Part shown: positions 46,452 to 56,685 of the stretch, in pieces
Numbering within the stretch: the first letter of the stretch is position 1
Layout: every line of letters begins with the position of its first letter
Source: Planctomycetota bacterium
Lineage (GTDB): Bacteria > Planctomycetota > UBA1135 > UBA2386
Direction: 5' to 3'
Length of the DNA: 64,000 nt
Assembly (NCBI GenBank): GCA_965223545.1
Contig: OZ245006.1
Coordinates: 5,312,001 to 5,376,000, forward strand
Program-made: the position numbers and the translations under genes
The notes under the pieces: model-generated
Told to the model about the DNA's origin: nothing
The model's database searches: none
The model's input: the letters and a program-made list of their open reading frames with translations, nothing else

Positions 46452-48149
46452 CTACGGGGGCGTCAGCTCCATCAGGTCCCAGTCCGGCGTGTAGACCTCG
46501 TTCAGCTCCTCACGCAGTGCCGAAAGCACGAGCCGGCCGAACTCGCGGCGCAGCGGCCGGAGGAACTCGGCGCCGGTGCCGTCGTCGATCGCGGTCTGGA
46601 ACTCGGACGGAGCCTCGGGCAGCAGCTCGCGCCAGCGTGTGTGGAACGCCTTGCGCTCCGCCGCGTTGTACGTCCGCTGCGGCTTGACCGGCTGCTGTGC
46701 GAAGCCGAAGTGATCCTCTTTGACCGGGTTGTGCTCCGGCTTGTAGGAGCAGACCTTGTAGCCCCCCTCCGGCGGTTTCACCTTGCGATAGCAGTGCGCG
46801 AACATCTCGTTGGCCGCGGCGGACATCAGCGCGAACCGCAGCCAGAACGTGTAGCCACCGGGTGGCACGAAGTCGTGCTCCGGATCGGCGAGCAGCAGCG
46901 CCAGCTCGGTGAAGCAAAACGCGTTGACCCCGTTCGGCCCGCCGTAGCAGTGGAACGCCGTCGCCTGGCCCGAGCCGAACATGCCGAACCAGTCGCGCAG
47001 CTTTCCCCGCGCGGACGTGGTCGAGCCGGTGAGTAGCCAGGTATGCATTCCGCGTCCGATCTGGCGCACGGCGTCGTCGACTCCCAGCCCGACGAGGTCC
47101 AGCGGCTTCGTGTCCTCGAGCGCGTTGACGGCGGGGCCGTCGCGTCCCTTGTCCTTGGCGTCTTTCCAGCCATCGTCGTAGGCGATTGCGCGTCGCCAAT
47201 ACTGGCGGCTGACGACCACCGCGACGTTGCGAAACGCGGGCCGATCACTGGCCGGCACCAGCTCTTCGAGCGAGTTTTCGTCGACCGTGAGGAGCAGACG
47301 GTGTGCACGCCGGTGCCGCTCACCCTTGCCGGACCGGCTCGCCCACCGGTCGCGCAACGCCACGATGTCCTTGGCGGTGATCTTGCCAAAGTGGCGAATG
47401 AGGGCACCTCTGTCCCGCCACTGAAACCAGTACGGCATGCGGACGTAATGGGGATCGTCCGCGTCGAACTCCCGGCTGTCTGGAGAACGCAGAAGGAAGC
47501 TCCGCGATGCCACGTGCGGTGGGTCGCCGGTGAAGTCAACCTCCAACTGGACGATCGCTGGCAGCGGATCAGTGGGGCGCAGGATGACCACATTGCTCTG
47601 GTTGATTCCAGAAGAGATGGGTATCCCGTCCAGTGATCGCACGTCGATTATCGAAGTCCGCGTTGGGCTGAACGCGATCGCGATCCCCTCGATCTCCGCT
47701 TCCTGGGGGAACCCCTCCGTCTTGGCGGTGCTGATCGCGTAGACGCAAGTGGTCGCGCAGCGAATCGAGATCCAACACTCGCAGTCCTCGTCGCCGCTCG
47801 CCGGCCACGAATAGCCGTCACCGTCTCGCCAGTGGCCCACCTCCCCGGTCGAGTCGACCGACTTCGATTGCGTCAGCGTGAACGACAAGTCTCCGACAAC
47901 CAGAACCTTGTCGGCTGGCGACCACGTGACGTCCGAACTGTCCAGCAGGGCCACCGCCGACGCGACGAGGTCGCCAAAACGGTCGGGTAGTTGGTCGCGG
48001 TTGCGCTGGTCGCAATACTCCGCGATCGTCGCTTCCGGTAGACCGCCGATGACTTCGTTGATCTTCTCGATCAAGTCCTCCAGCAGCGGCCGATCCGCGC
48101 ACGTGGCGGAATCACAAGTGTCGGTCACGATTTCGGCGATGAGGGTCAT
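46452..48149 (-). CDS. Hypothetical protein, Cys-rich, no recognised family
   Basis: 565-aa ORF with GGAG RBS, 24 nt downstream of the kinase stop. Confidence 0.75.
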   Translation of the reverse strand: MTLIAEIVTDTCDSATCADRPLLEDLIEKINEVIGGLPEATIAEYCDQRNRDQLPDRFGDLVASAVALLDSSDVTWSPADKVLVVGDLSFTLTQSKSVDSTGEVGHWRDGDGYSWPASGDEDCECWISIRCATTCVYAISTAKTEGFPQEAEIEGIAIAFSPTRTSIIDVRSLDGIPISSGINQSNVVILRPTDPLPAIVQLEVDFTGDPPHVASRSFLLRSPDSREFDADDPHYVRMPYWFQWRDRGALIRHFGKITAKDIVALRDRWASRSGKGERHRRAHRLLLTVDENSLEELVPASDRPAFRNVAVVVSRQYWRRAIAYDDGWKDAKDKGRDGPAVNALEDTKPLDLVGLGVDDAVRQIGRGMHTWLLTGSTTSARGKLRDWFGMFGSGQATAFHCYGGPNGVNAFCFTELALLLADPEHDFVPPGGYTFWLRFALMSAAANEMFAHCYRKVKPPEGGYKVCSYKPEHNPVKEDHFGFAQQPVKPQRTYNAAERKAFHTRWRELLPEAPSEFQTAIDDGTGAEFLRPLRREFGRLVLSALREELNEVYTPDWDLMELTPP

Positions 48150-48173
48150 GGTTTCACTCTCCGTAGCGAACAA

Positions 48174-50657
48174 CTATTCAAAGCTCGAGCGCGCGCACCG
48201 GAACCCGACGCCCGTCGGTCGGAACGCCGGTCCGATGCGCATGCTCTGCAAGTGGCTGAGATTCTCTTCTCGATCTCGAACGGTCCAGTCGCCGCCCGCC
48301 ACCAGGCGCGCGGCGAGGCTGCGCACCTCGCCGCTGTCGGGCTTGCCGCTGGGGGTCTCGGTCCACTCGGCGACGTTTCCCAGCATGTGGTGCAGCCGCG
48401 CCGGGCCGCTGGTCATCAGCTCGGGATGGCTGCGGACCGGCAGCGTGTGGGCGAGGTAGTCATCCACCGCTTCGCCGAGGGTCTCGGGCATGGGATCGCG
48501 GTAGCCCGGCGGCACCCACGGAAACGTGCGCCGCTCGTTGCCGTTGCGGGCCACCCAGCACCACTCGCCAATCGTCGGGAGGCGCGCACCGCGCCATTCT
48601 GCGTAGGCCCGCGCCTGCTCCCAGCTGATGCCGGCGACGGGCAGCTGATCTCCGGCGCTGCCGGCACTGATCCGCGACCAGTACTCGGGCTGCTCCCCGT
48701 CCGGGTTCTCGGCGAGATACGCCCGATAGTCGGCATTGCTCACCTCGGCTTCGTCGATGAAGAAGTCGGCGACGGCGTAGTCGGTGACCGGCACGTCGGT
48801 CAGCGAACGTGTCGGGTCGAGGTCGAAGCGGCCGCCCGCGACGCGCACCATGCCGTCGAGCAGCCGGGCCGCGTCGGGCAACGGCTGGCGGATCGCGTGC
48901 CGCGTGAGCGGCAGTAGGTTGCGCGTGAACTCGTGGTGCACTCCGCCAGTGGTCGTCACCACGATGCGCGCGTAGCCGGGGGCCACCGGAGTGTCGCCGA
49001 GCGGCAGCGCGCCCACCGCTCGCGCAGGCCCGGGCTCGTTGGTGACGGGATCGATGTAGCGGATCGAAACCTGACCGCCGACGGCGGCGCCGGCATCGGT
49101 CAACGCGACCGTCACCCTGGGGTCGAGGTCTTCGAGGACGATGTCGCGGTCCGCATCGGACAGGATCGAGGCGGTCCGCACTCGCAGCCGCATGGCTTCG
49201 ACCACTGCGCCGAGATCGAGGTCTTGGCGCAGCTCGCTGTTGCCGAGCCGCTGTGCGCCGGCCAGGGTTTGGCGGATGCGCTCGTCGGCCCCCGTCGCGT
49301 ATGCCTCGATCTTGTCTCGCACTTGAACCGCGAGTGCGCGGTGTCGGCGCGGCAGGTCCCGTTGTGCGGCGCGCAGGGCCCGCACCAGGGTGACTGTGTC
49401 GAACGTGTCGAGCTCCTCCGCGGCCGCGACCCGCTGCAACAGGTCGACCGTGCGCCGCACATCCTCTGCCGCCGCCGCCCGTTCCTTGAAGAAGACCGTG
49501 GCGAGCATGGTCAGGACGACCAGGGCAGCGGTGGTCACCGCGACGCGATGTCTGGCCACCCACGCGGCAGCGCGCTGGCGCCAGCTCGGCAAGCGCGCGA
49601 GCACGGCCTCGTGGCGCAGAAAGCGCGAAAGGTCGGCGGCAAACTCGCCGGCGGTGGCGTAGCGATCGGCGGGTCGCGCGCTCATCGCCTTGCGGCAAAC
49701 CGCGGCCAGGTCGCGCGGAACGGCCCCGTTGCGCGTGCGCAAATCCGGTGGGTTGCCCTCGCGGATCTTGCTCAGCACGTCGACCGACGTCGCGCCGTCG
49801 TACGGCCGGGTCGCGGTCAACATCTCGTAGAGCACGACTCCCGCGGAGTAGAGGTCGGTGCGGTGGTCGACCGGATGCTGGACCAGCCGCGCCTGTTCCG
49901 GGCTCATGTACGGCAGCGAGCCCATGAGCTCGCCGGTCCGCGTCATCGTGCCCATGCTCGAGTCCCGGGCGATGCCAAAGTCCACCAGGAGGGCGCGGCC
50001 GTTGGGCTGGACCAGGATGTTGCTCGGCTTGACGTCTCGATGCACGACGCCGTGCTCGTGCGCATGGCCGAGGGCCTCGACGACCTCGGCCAGGATGCGT
50101 GCCGCGGCGGTCACGTGCCCCGGCGTCCCGGGGCGCGGGACGACGTCGTCGTGCGCATGCATGCCGCGCATCCGCCGCGCCAGGTCGCGGCCGGCGATGA
50201 GGTCCATGGCGAACCAGTGCGTCGAGCCCTCCACCCCCTCGGCCAACACACGCACGATTCCCGGATGTGACAGGCGTGCCACTGCCCGGGCTTCGCGGTG
50301 GAAGCGCTCGAGCACTGTCGCCGGCGTCAGCACGCTCTCGGTCATCAGCTTGACCGCGACTTCGCGGTCGAGCGACAGCTGGCGCGCCCGGAAAACGATG
50401 CCCATTCCGCCGCGCCCGATCTCGTCGCCGAGGAGGAAGTCGCCGAGTCGCATGCCGGGGGCGATCGGCTCTTGGCTCACCGGTTGCAGGAAGCTGCTGC
50501 CGGCGCGCGCATCGGATGCGAGGAGCTGTTCGACTTCTCGCTGCAGCTCGTGATCGTCGCCGCAGGCCTCGCGCAACGCGGCCAGCCGTTCCGCCGGCGA
50601 CAGCCCCACGACGCGGTTGAAGACCGCACGTACTCGTTGCCAGTCGGGACGGGTCAC
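48174..50657 (-). CDS. Ser/Thr kinase fused to a C-terminal FGE-sulfatase (SUMF1)-like domain
   Basis: GRGGMGIV, HRDVKPSN, DFG, YMSPEQ; TM segment; EVSNADY, RLPTIGEW, MLGNVAEW, GFRCAR. Confidence 0.92.
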   Translation of the reverse strand: MTRPDWQRVRAVFNRVVGLSPAERLAALREACGDDHELQREVEQLLASDARAGSSFLQPVSQEPIAPGMRLGDFLLGDEIGRGGMGIVFRARQLSLDREVAVKLMTESVLTPATVLERFHREARAVARLSHPGIVRVLAEGVEGSTHWFAMDLIAGRDLARRMRGMHAHDDVVPRPGTPGHVTAAARILAEVVEALGHAHEHGVVHRDVKPSNILVQPNGRALLVDFGIARDSSMGTMTRTGELMGSLPYMSPEQARLVQHPVDHRTDLYSAGVVLYEMLTATRPYDGATSVDVLSKIREGNPPDLRTRNGAVPRDLAAVCRKAMSARPADRYATAGEFAADLSRFLRHEAVLARLPSWRQRAAAWVARHRVAVTTAALVVLTMLATVFFKERAAAAEDVRRTVDLLQRVAAAEELDTFDTVTLVRALRAAQRDLPRRHRALAVQVRDKIEAYATGADERIRQTLAGAQRLGNSELRQDLDLGAVVEAMRLRVRTASILSDADRDIVLEDLDPRVTVALTDAGAAVGGQVSIRYIDPVTNEPGPARAVGALPLGDTPVAPGYARIVVTTTGGVHHEFTRNLLPLTRHAIRQPLPDAARLLDGMVRVAGGRFDLDPTRSLTDVPVTDYAVADFFIDEAEVSNADYRAYLAENPDGEQPEYWSRISAGSAGDQLPVAGISWEQARAYAEWRGARLPTIGEWCWVARNGNERRTFPWVPPGYRDPMPETLGEAVDDYLAHTLPVRSHPELMTSGPARLHHMLGNVAEWTETPSGKPDSGEVRSLAARLVAGGDWTVRDREENLSHLQSMRIGPAFRPTGVGFRCARSSFE

Positions 50658-50813
50658 TTTGCGCGGCGTTGGATCTTGGCGGATGCACGGCGGCGTGCCA
50701 AACGCCGCTCTTGGCAGTGAACCCCCGAGCGGCGACGAGGCCGCAATGATTTTGCACGATGTTGTCGCGGTCCAACGGCACCTGCGTTGCACCGCAAAGG
50801 GAAGCCGCGCGGG

Positions 50814-52793
50814 TCAGCGGTCGCTGGTGTCGGTGCGGCGCAGCCAGACTGCCATCGAGCCGTCGTCACGGTTGCTCCACGCGAAGTACGGCACCAACTG
50901 GAGTTCGTGGGGCCTGCGCCCGTCCGCGGTGTCCTCGGCGGCGACGAGGCGGACGCGGGGCAAACCTCGCAGTGGTCCGTCGTCGATCTGGAAGATCTCG
51001 GCGTCTCTCGCGGCGGCGATCGGGTCGACCGAGAAGCGCTGCACCGCACCCCCGCCGTTGTCGACGGCCTCGGCGCAGAGCAGCAGTGGCCCGCGAGTGA
51101 ACGCGACGCGGCCGCGGTTGGCCTCGACCTCGGGAATGCTCTGATGGGCCACCACCGGCATCGGCAGCTGCAGCTCGATGTGATCACCGGCGCGCCACTC
51201 CCTGCGCAGGAACACGAAGCCGTTTTGCGGCGCGATGTCGACCGCCTCGCCGTTGACCGCGAGATGCGGCGGGGGCGCGCTGACGAGTGGCTCGTACAAG
51301 CGGCTCGGCAGGAAGCTCCGCCGTGCCCAGTGAGGGATGCGCACGGCGAGCTCGAACGCGACCGGCGTCTCTGGCGAGACGCGCAAGCTGATGCGGCCGT
51401 CGAACGGATAGGCCGTTTCCTGCGCCAGCTGCACCGCGGTGTCGCCGATGCGCAGCGTCGCGCGGTTGGCTGCATAGAGCAGGCAGTAGACCGTCGTGCC
51501 CCCGCGCGCGTAGCAGGATCCGGGTACTTGCGGCAACAGTCGGGCCAGATTGGAGGGACAGCACGCCGTGCCGAACCAGGCCGCGCGCATCGGGTGGCCG
51601 GCGTCGGCCTCGAGCGGATTGGGGTAGAAGAAGCTGGCGCCGTCGAGGCCGAGCCCGGCCAGGCAGTGGTTGAGCAGCGCGACCTCGGCGACGTCGACGT
51701 AGCGTGTCTCGGCGGTGGCGGTGAACATGCGCATGTTGAACAGCACGTTGCCGACGGCCGCGCAGGTCTCGAGATAGGCGCCCGCGTTCGGCAACACGCA
51801 GGGCGGACCGAAGCCTTCGATCCCGCCGACGGCGCCGAGACCACCGGAGATGTGCATCTTGCCGTCGACGAGATCGCGCCAAATCGCGTCGAGGGCGCGG
51901 GCGTAGTCGGTGCGGCCGGTGCACGCGACGACCTCCGCCATCGCGGCGTACATGTAGGTGGCGCGGACCGCGTGGCCAACGGCTTGCGTCTGCTGGACCA
52001 CCGGCAGGTGCTGCTGCGCATAGGTGGCGGCGTTGACGCCCTCGCCGTCCGGCCGAAACGTCACTCCGCGGATGTCGAGGAAGCGTTGGGCCAGCTGCAG
52101 GTAGCGCGGTTCGCCGGTGTGGTGATAGAGCTTCAAGAGCCCCAGCTCGATCTGCTGATGACCGGGCGCCTGCTGCACGGGAGCCCCGCCGTTGTAGGCG
52201 GGGTCGCCGTCGAAGAACACGCGCTCGACGTGCCGTGCGTTCTTCTCGGCGACGCGCAGCAGCCGATCGTCGCCGGTGGTGCGGGCGATGGCGACGGCGG
52301 CCTCGTACAGGTGGCCGACGTTGTAGAGCTCGTGGCTGTGCAGCACGTACGAGTACGGCCGCTCGCCCATCTCGCCGGCGCGGATCGAGCCGGTGATGTG
52401 CGGCACGTACAGGTAGCCGTCGTCCTGTTGGGCACGGGCGATCCAATCGATCGCCCGATCCATGCGGGCGCGGAGCTCGGGGTCGGGGCGGATGCGCAAC
52501 AGCAGGGCGCCGGCCTCGAGGACCTTGTACAGGTCGGAGGTGTTGTAGCGGTGTGGCTCGGGCAGCGGCCCGCCGCCGTTCTCGCGGAACTCGGCGCAGA
52601 GGCGCAATCGTTCGCGCGCTGCCCGCGTGTTCTCGAACGCATGTGGCAGCGTGCGCGCGGCGAGCTGCTCGGTCCGCGGCTGCCAGATGGGATCGGCCAA
52701 CTGCACGCTGTCGTACGGCAGGAGCTCGATCCGCGCCGGCGGCTGTGGACCGGCGCCCTGCAGCAGGCACGAGACGATCAGTGTCGCGATCAT
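50814..52793 (-). CDS. Glycoside hydrolase family 127 (beta-L-arabinofuranosidase-like)
   Basis: SDLYKVLEA, HELYNVGH, GHAVRA, YLETCA, FFYPNPL, ACCPSN, YPFDG. Confidence 0.93.
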   Translation of the reverse strand: MIATLIVSCLLQGAGPQPPARIELLPYDSVQLADPIWQPRTEQLAARTLPHAFENTRAARERLRLCAEFRENGGGPLPEPHRYNTSDLYKVLEAGALLLRIRPDPELRARMDRAIDWIARAQQDDGYLYVPHITGSIRAGEMGERPYSYVLHSHELYNVGHLYEAAVAIARTTGDDRLLRVAEKNARHVERVFFDGDPAYNGGAPVQQAPGHQQIELGLLKLYHHTGEPRYLQLAQRFLDIRGVTFRPDGEGVNAATYAQQHLPVVQQTQAVGHAVRATYMYAAMAEVVACTGRTDYARALDAIWRDLVDGKMHISGGLGAVGGIEGFGPPCVLPNAGAYLETCAAVGNVLFNMRMFTATAETRYVDVAEVALLNHCLAGLGLDGASFFYPNPLEADAGHPMRAAWFGTACCPSNLARLLPQVPGSCYARGGTTVYCLLYAANRATLRIGDTAVQLAQETAYPFDGRISLRVSPETPVAFELAVRIPHWARRSFLPSRLYEPLVSAPPPHLAVNGEAVDIAPQNGFVFLRREWRAGDHIELQLPMPVVAHQSIPEVEANRGRVAFTRGPLLLCAEAVDNGGGAVQRFSVDPIAAARDAEIFQIDDGPLRGLPRVRLVAAEDTADGRRPHELQLVPYFAWSNRDDGSMAVWLRRTDTSDR

Positions 52794-52848
52794 GGCGAGG
52801 CGGCAGCGGGAATCGATGCGGGTGAACGGCAGCCATTATGCTGCCGGA

Positions 52849-55137
52849 ATGCGAATGTCGCGCCGCAGTACGGCTCTCCGCGGACTTGGCGGTCTGCTCT
52901 GCGCGGCCGCCGCCGGTTGCGGCGCCGAGGGCGAGGCACCGCGTCCCGCGGGGGCCGGCGTGGCGGCGATCGGGCCGGGTGGCGGTCTGGATCTCTTGCT
53001 CGACGCGGAGTCGTGGACCTGGCGCCGCCGCGCTCTACACGTGGCCGACGAGGCGACGGTCGCGGCGCAGCAGCGGCGAGCCGTGCGGGTCTTCGACGAG
53101 GAGCTGCCGGTAGGCGGGTGGGTGCAGCTGACCCCGGCGTTGCTGGAACGTACGGGCCAGTCCGTCGAGGACGGCGCCGCGCTTTGGATCGCCGGCACGA
53201 GGAAGAAGATCGATTCGAGGCACGGGTTTGCCGCCGCCGCCGTCCGCGATCCCGGCCGTACACTGCGCCGTCGGGAGGACGCGGGTGCGCGTTGGCGCGC
53301 CGGTGAGTACGCCGTGTCGGCCTCGGGCGTGGGCGTGGCGCTGCCGGTCGGTGAGGTGCCGGGTACCGGCTTGCGCGTCGACTACCCGATCGCTCCCGTG
53401 GACCTGGCGGCGACGGTCGTCGATCTGCGCCGGCTACAGAGCGGCAGCCCGGAGGTTTGCGCGGTGACGATCGGTTCCGATCAGCGCCCGGCGCTGGTGC
53501 TGGCGACGCGCGCGATCGCCGAGCGCTCGCTGCGCCTGCCGGAGGGCGCGGTCCTCGAACTCGCGCTGTGCGTTCCGTCTCGGTTGGCGTCGAGCGACGG
53601 CTGGTTGCATCGGGATCCGGAGCCGCCCAACGGCCTGGGTCTGCGAGTTTGGTTCTCCACGGGCGATGGTCCGCGCCAGCTGTGTGCCGAGCACGAGATG
53701 GCGGCCGGCGCGGTCGATCGCTACGTCGACGTGCGGGTCGATCTCGGTGCGCGCGGTGGTCAGACCGGTGCTCTTGCCTTCGAGGTGTACGCACTCGATG
53801 CCGGTGCCGGGGTCCCGTCGCGCGGCGACCTGCTGTTCGTCGCCGGTGCTCGGGTGGCGAGTGCGACGGCAGCGGTGGGTGGCAGCGCGCTCGTCCTGCT
53901 CTTGGACACGCTGCGCGCGGATGCGCTCGGCTGCTATGGGCAGGAGCTCGCGATCAGCCCGTGGCTCGACGCGTTCGCGGCCAGCGGAGTGCGCTTCGCG
54001 CAGGCGCGCAGCTCGAGCTCGTGGACCCTGCCCGCGCACGCCTCGCTGTTCACCGCCATGCACCCGAGCGAGCACGGAGTGTGCGTGGCGACGGATCGGC
54101 TGGAGCGCGGCTTCACCACCTTGGCGGAGGTGCTGCGCGCCGCGGGGTGGCGCACCGCGGCGTTTACCGACGGTGGCTACGTGGCGCCGAGCTTCGGTTT
54201 GGGGCAGGGCTTTCAGCGGTTCGATTCGGGCGGCGGTGGGGTGCAGGGCGTGTTGGCCGAAGCCCGCGCTTGGATCGATGCGGGGACCGGGCCGTACTTC
54301 GCGTTCGTGCAGACCTACGAGGTGCACGATCCATACGACCCCCCCGAGGACCTGCGGCGGCGGTGGGTGGAGCCGTACGACGGCCCGTTGCCGGAGCGCG
54401 TGCACTTCCTCGACTTGGTGCGGCTCTTGGAGAGCGGCGAGGCGTCCGCCGCCGATGCGCGCTACGCGCACCAGCTGTACTTGGCCGAGGTGGCGTACAC
54501 CGACGGGGTCGTGGGGTCCCATCTGGATGCTCTGCGCGCGGCGCCGGGCGCCGATGACTTGCTGTTGGTGGTGGCCTCCGATCACGGTGAGGAGTTTCTC
54601 GAGCACGGTGGATTCGGGCATCGCGAGACCCTGTACGAAGAGCAGTTGTGGATCCCGCTCTTGCTACACCATCCGCAGCACTTCGCGTCCGGCGCCGTGG
54701 TCTCGGAACCCGTGCTTCTGCTGGATGTCGCGCCGACCGTGCTCGAAGTGCTGGGGGTGGCGGCGCCGGTCGAATGGAGTGGCATCTCGCTGACCCGGCC
54801 AGCGACGCCCCGCGCCCTGTTCTGGACGCTGGAGCACTCGATCCGGCCCGAGCTCACACCGTGTCAGAGCGTGATCTGGGGCACGCAGAAGTGGATCACG
54901 GCACCGGACGGGTTCCACCAGCCCTGGCGCGCGACCGCAGGCGGCGACGAGTTGTACGACCTCGACACCGATCCCGGCGAGCGCAGCGACCGCTGGCGCG
55001 CTGAGCACACCGACGACTGGCGCTCGCGGCTCGAAGCCATGCTGGCGCGATTCCCGGATCGGCGCACCGGGGAGGGTGGTGGAGAGGCGACGCCGAGTCC
55101 CGCCGAGGTCGAGCGGTTGAAGGGGCTGGGCTACTGA
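52849..55137 (+). CDS. Sulfatase-family lipoprotein
   Basis: AAGC lipobox; DTLRAD, SWTLPAHASLFT, HDPY, SDHGEEF, ELYDL. Confidence 0.88.
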   Translation: MRMSRRSTALRGLGGLLCAAAAGCGAEGEAPRPAGAGVAAIGPGGGLDLLLDAESWTWRRRALHVADEATVAAQQRRAVRVFDEELPVGGWVQLTPALLERTGQSVEDGAALWIAGTRKKIDSRHGFAAAAVRDPGRTLRRREDAGARWRAGEYAVSASGVGVALPVGEVPGTGLRVDYPIAPVDLAATVVDLRRLQSGSPEVCAVTIGSDQRPALVLATRAIAERSLRLPEGAVLELALCVPSRLASSDGWLHRDPEPPNGLGLRVWFSTGDGPRQLCAEHEMAAGAVDRYVDVRVDLGARGGQTGALAFEVYALDAGAGVPSRGDLLFVAGARVASATAAVGGSALVLLLDTLRADALGCYGQELAISPWLDAFAASGVRFAQARSSSSWTLPAHASLFTAMHPSEHGVCVATDRLERGFTTLAEVLRAAGWRTAAFTDGGYVAPSFGLGQGFQRFDSGGGGVQGVLAEARAWIDAGTGPYFAFVQTYEVHDPYDPPEDLRRRWVEPYDGPLPERVHFLDLVRLLESGEASAADARYAHQLYLAEVAYTDGVVGSHLDALRAAPGADDLLLVVASDHGEEFLEHGGFGHRETLYEEQLWIPLLLHHPQHFASGAVVSEPVLLLDVAPTVLEVLGVAAPVEWSGISLTRPATPRALFWTLEHSIRPELTPCQSVIWGTQKWITAPDGFHQPWRATAGGDELYDLDTDPGERSDRWRAEHTDDWRSRLEAMLARFPDRRTGEGGGEATPSPAEVERLKGLGY

Positions 55138-55149
55138 TGCCGGCCAGCG

Positions 55150-56682
55150 TCAACGCCGCGCACTCAGGCTGTCGCGCACGCCTTCGACCGGACTGCCGTC
55201 GGCTGCGGTGAGCCGCGCTTTGAAGTGCGCGAAGTAGCCGGTGTTCTCCACCTTCAGCAACAGCAGGTTGGCGCCCGCGCGCAGCGACAACGGCACCCGC
55301 GTGTGGTCGTCGCCGCTGTAGTCGTGGTGGTGGGAACCGCCGCAAGGACGGCCGTCGAGGTAGGCGGCGAAGCCGTCGTCGCTGCCGACCCAGATTGCCG
55401 CGTCGGTGGCCGCGTCGGCATGCAAGTAGACCGCCGCATAGAACGCGCACCACGTGCCGCCGCCAGTCGTCAGCAGCAGGTCGACGTCGTCGCTGTCGGT
55501 GTCGTGCACGCGCCAGCGCTTGCCGCCGGCGCGTTGTCCGTCGCGCGGGCGGAGGCCGCGCAGGCTGAAGTGCGGGGTCTCCAGCATGTCGTCCTCGCCC
55601 GGTTTCGAGAGGTACGGCCCGGCGACGAGCCAGCGCCGCAAGAACGGCGCGGTCGGGTCCGGGACCGACCGTTTCGCCTGGGGCGCGGCCACCGCGTCTG
55701 CCGCGGCCGGACGCGTCCGGTCGCGCGGCGCGCTGAACACCGCGCGGCGCAAGAACAACACGGCGAAGGCGGTCTCCGCCAGCGCACCCCAGCTGCCGTT
55801 GGCTTGCTGCCGTTCGAGGAGGGCCTCGGCGCCCTCGCGGTACCAGTCGCGATCGCCGATGCGCGGCAGGCCGTACAGCTGCGCGTAGCGCATCATCCCC
55901 CACATGTAATAGTAGAAGTAGCCGCTGTGGTGGCCTTTGCCGTGCGGGTTGTGTGCGACGGTGAAGCGGTCGGTGCACCACTGCATGGCGGCGTCCGTCG
56001 CACGGCGCAGGGTAGCCGTCGGCCTGCCGCCGCGCGCGTCGGCAGCCAAGTGCAGTGCGATCAGCGCGGCGTGCGTCATCGATCCGGTCGACAGCACGTC
56101 GGGCAGGTTGCGATAGCGGAACGAGCCGTCCTCGTGCTGCAGCCGCAGCACTCCTTCGATCACCTCGCTCCACGTTGCACGCGGCACGCGTGCTCCGTGG
56201 CGTTGGCCGATGTGCAGCCCGAGCACTGCGAACTGCGTGTTGGAGAGGTCGGCCGGCGCGGCCGGGTAGCCCCACAGGCCGCTGCCGGCATCGAACCAGT
56301 CCAGCAGGCGCGCGGTCAGCGCTCGGATGGTGTCGCTGTGCTGCGGTCCGAGCGAGTCGAGGAACAGCAGTAGGCAGCCGGTTTCGTAGGTGCTGCGGAC
56401 GGCGAAATCGCGGCTGTGCAGGAACTCGAGTGCTTTCCGCACCGGAGCATCCTCGATCCGGTAGCCGGCGTGCACCAACGCGTAGCCGCAGAGCGCGGTG
56501 CGGCCGAGGGGGTGGCTGGCGTCGTCCCGCTGCCATGAGCCGTCGTCGGCCTGCTGCTCGATCAGCCACGCGCTGCTGCGCGCCAGCGCGTCATTCGCGC
56601 GCCGGGCCAGCGACGGAACTTCGCCGGCGCCCGCGGCTTGCGGGACCAGCAGGCAAAGCAGTCCGAAGCCCAACGCCGGCAT
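55150..56682 (-). CDS. Prenyltransferase/squalene-cyclase-repeat protein with C-terminal PA14-like domain
   Basis: QW repeats QQADDGSW, QHEDGSF, QQANGSW; DLSNTQFA; GSDDG..YLDG, GANLLLLK. Confidence 0.8.
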   Translation of the reverse strand: MPALGFGLLCLLVPQAAGAGEVPSLARRANDALARSSAWLIEQQADDGSWQRDDASHPLGRTALCGYALVHAGYRIEDAPVRKALEFLHSRDFAVRSTYETGCLLLFLDSLGPQHSDTIRALTARLLDWFDAGSGLWGYPAAPADLSNTQFAVLGLHIGQRHGARVPRATWSEVIEGVLRLQHEDGSFRYRNLPDVLSTGSMTHAALIALHLAADARGGRPTATLRRATDAAMQWCTDRFTVAHNPHGKGHHSGYFYYYMWGMMRYAQLYGLPRIGDRDWYREGAEALLERQQANGSWGALAETAFAVLFLRRAVFSAPRDRTRPAAADAVAAPQAKRSVPDPTAPFLRRWLVAGPYLSKPGEDDMLETPHFSLRGLRPRDGQRAGGKRWRVHDTDSDDVDLLLTTGGGTWCAFYAAVYLHADAATDAAIWVGSDDGFAAYLDGRPCGGSHHHDYSGDDHTRVPLSLRAGANLLLLKVENTGYFAHFKARLTAADGSPVEGVRDSLSARR

Positions 56683-56685
56683 GCG

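Noticed and set aside
48174..48500. FGE-sulfatase C-terminus (GFRCAR) as a diversity-generating retroelement target
   Set aside because: There is no reverse transcriptase in the window and I found no adenine-variant second copy of this 3' end.
50787..53306. Long antisense or alternate-frame ORFs (e.g. 50787..53306, 48460..50781, 5244..6896)
   Set aside because: They are shadow ORFs of GC-rich genes, Arg/Ala/Pro-rich with no motifs, overlapping well-supported CDSs.
54010..54060. Sulfatase lacking the C/S-x-P-x-R motif as a novelty
   Set aside because: The WTLP(A/S)HAS variant is common among sulfatase-like proteins.
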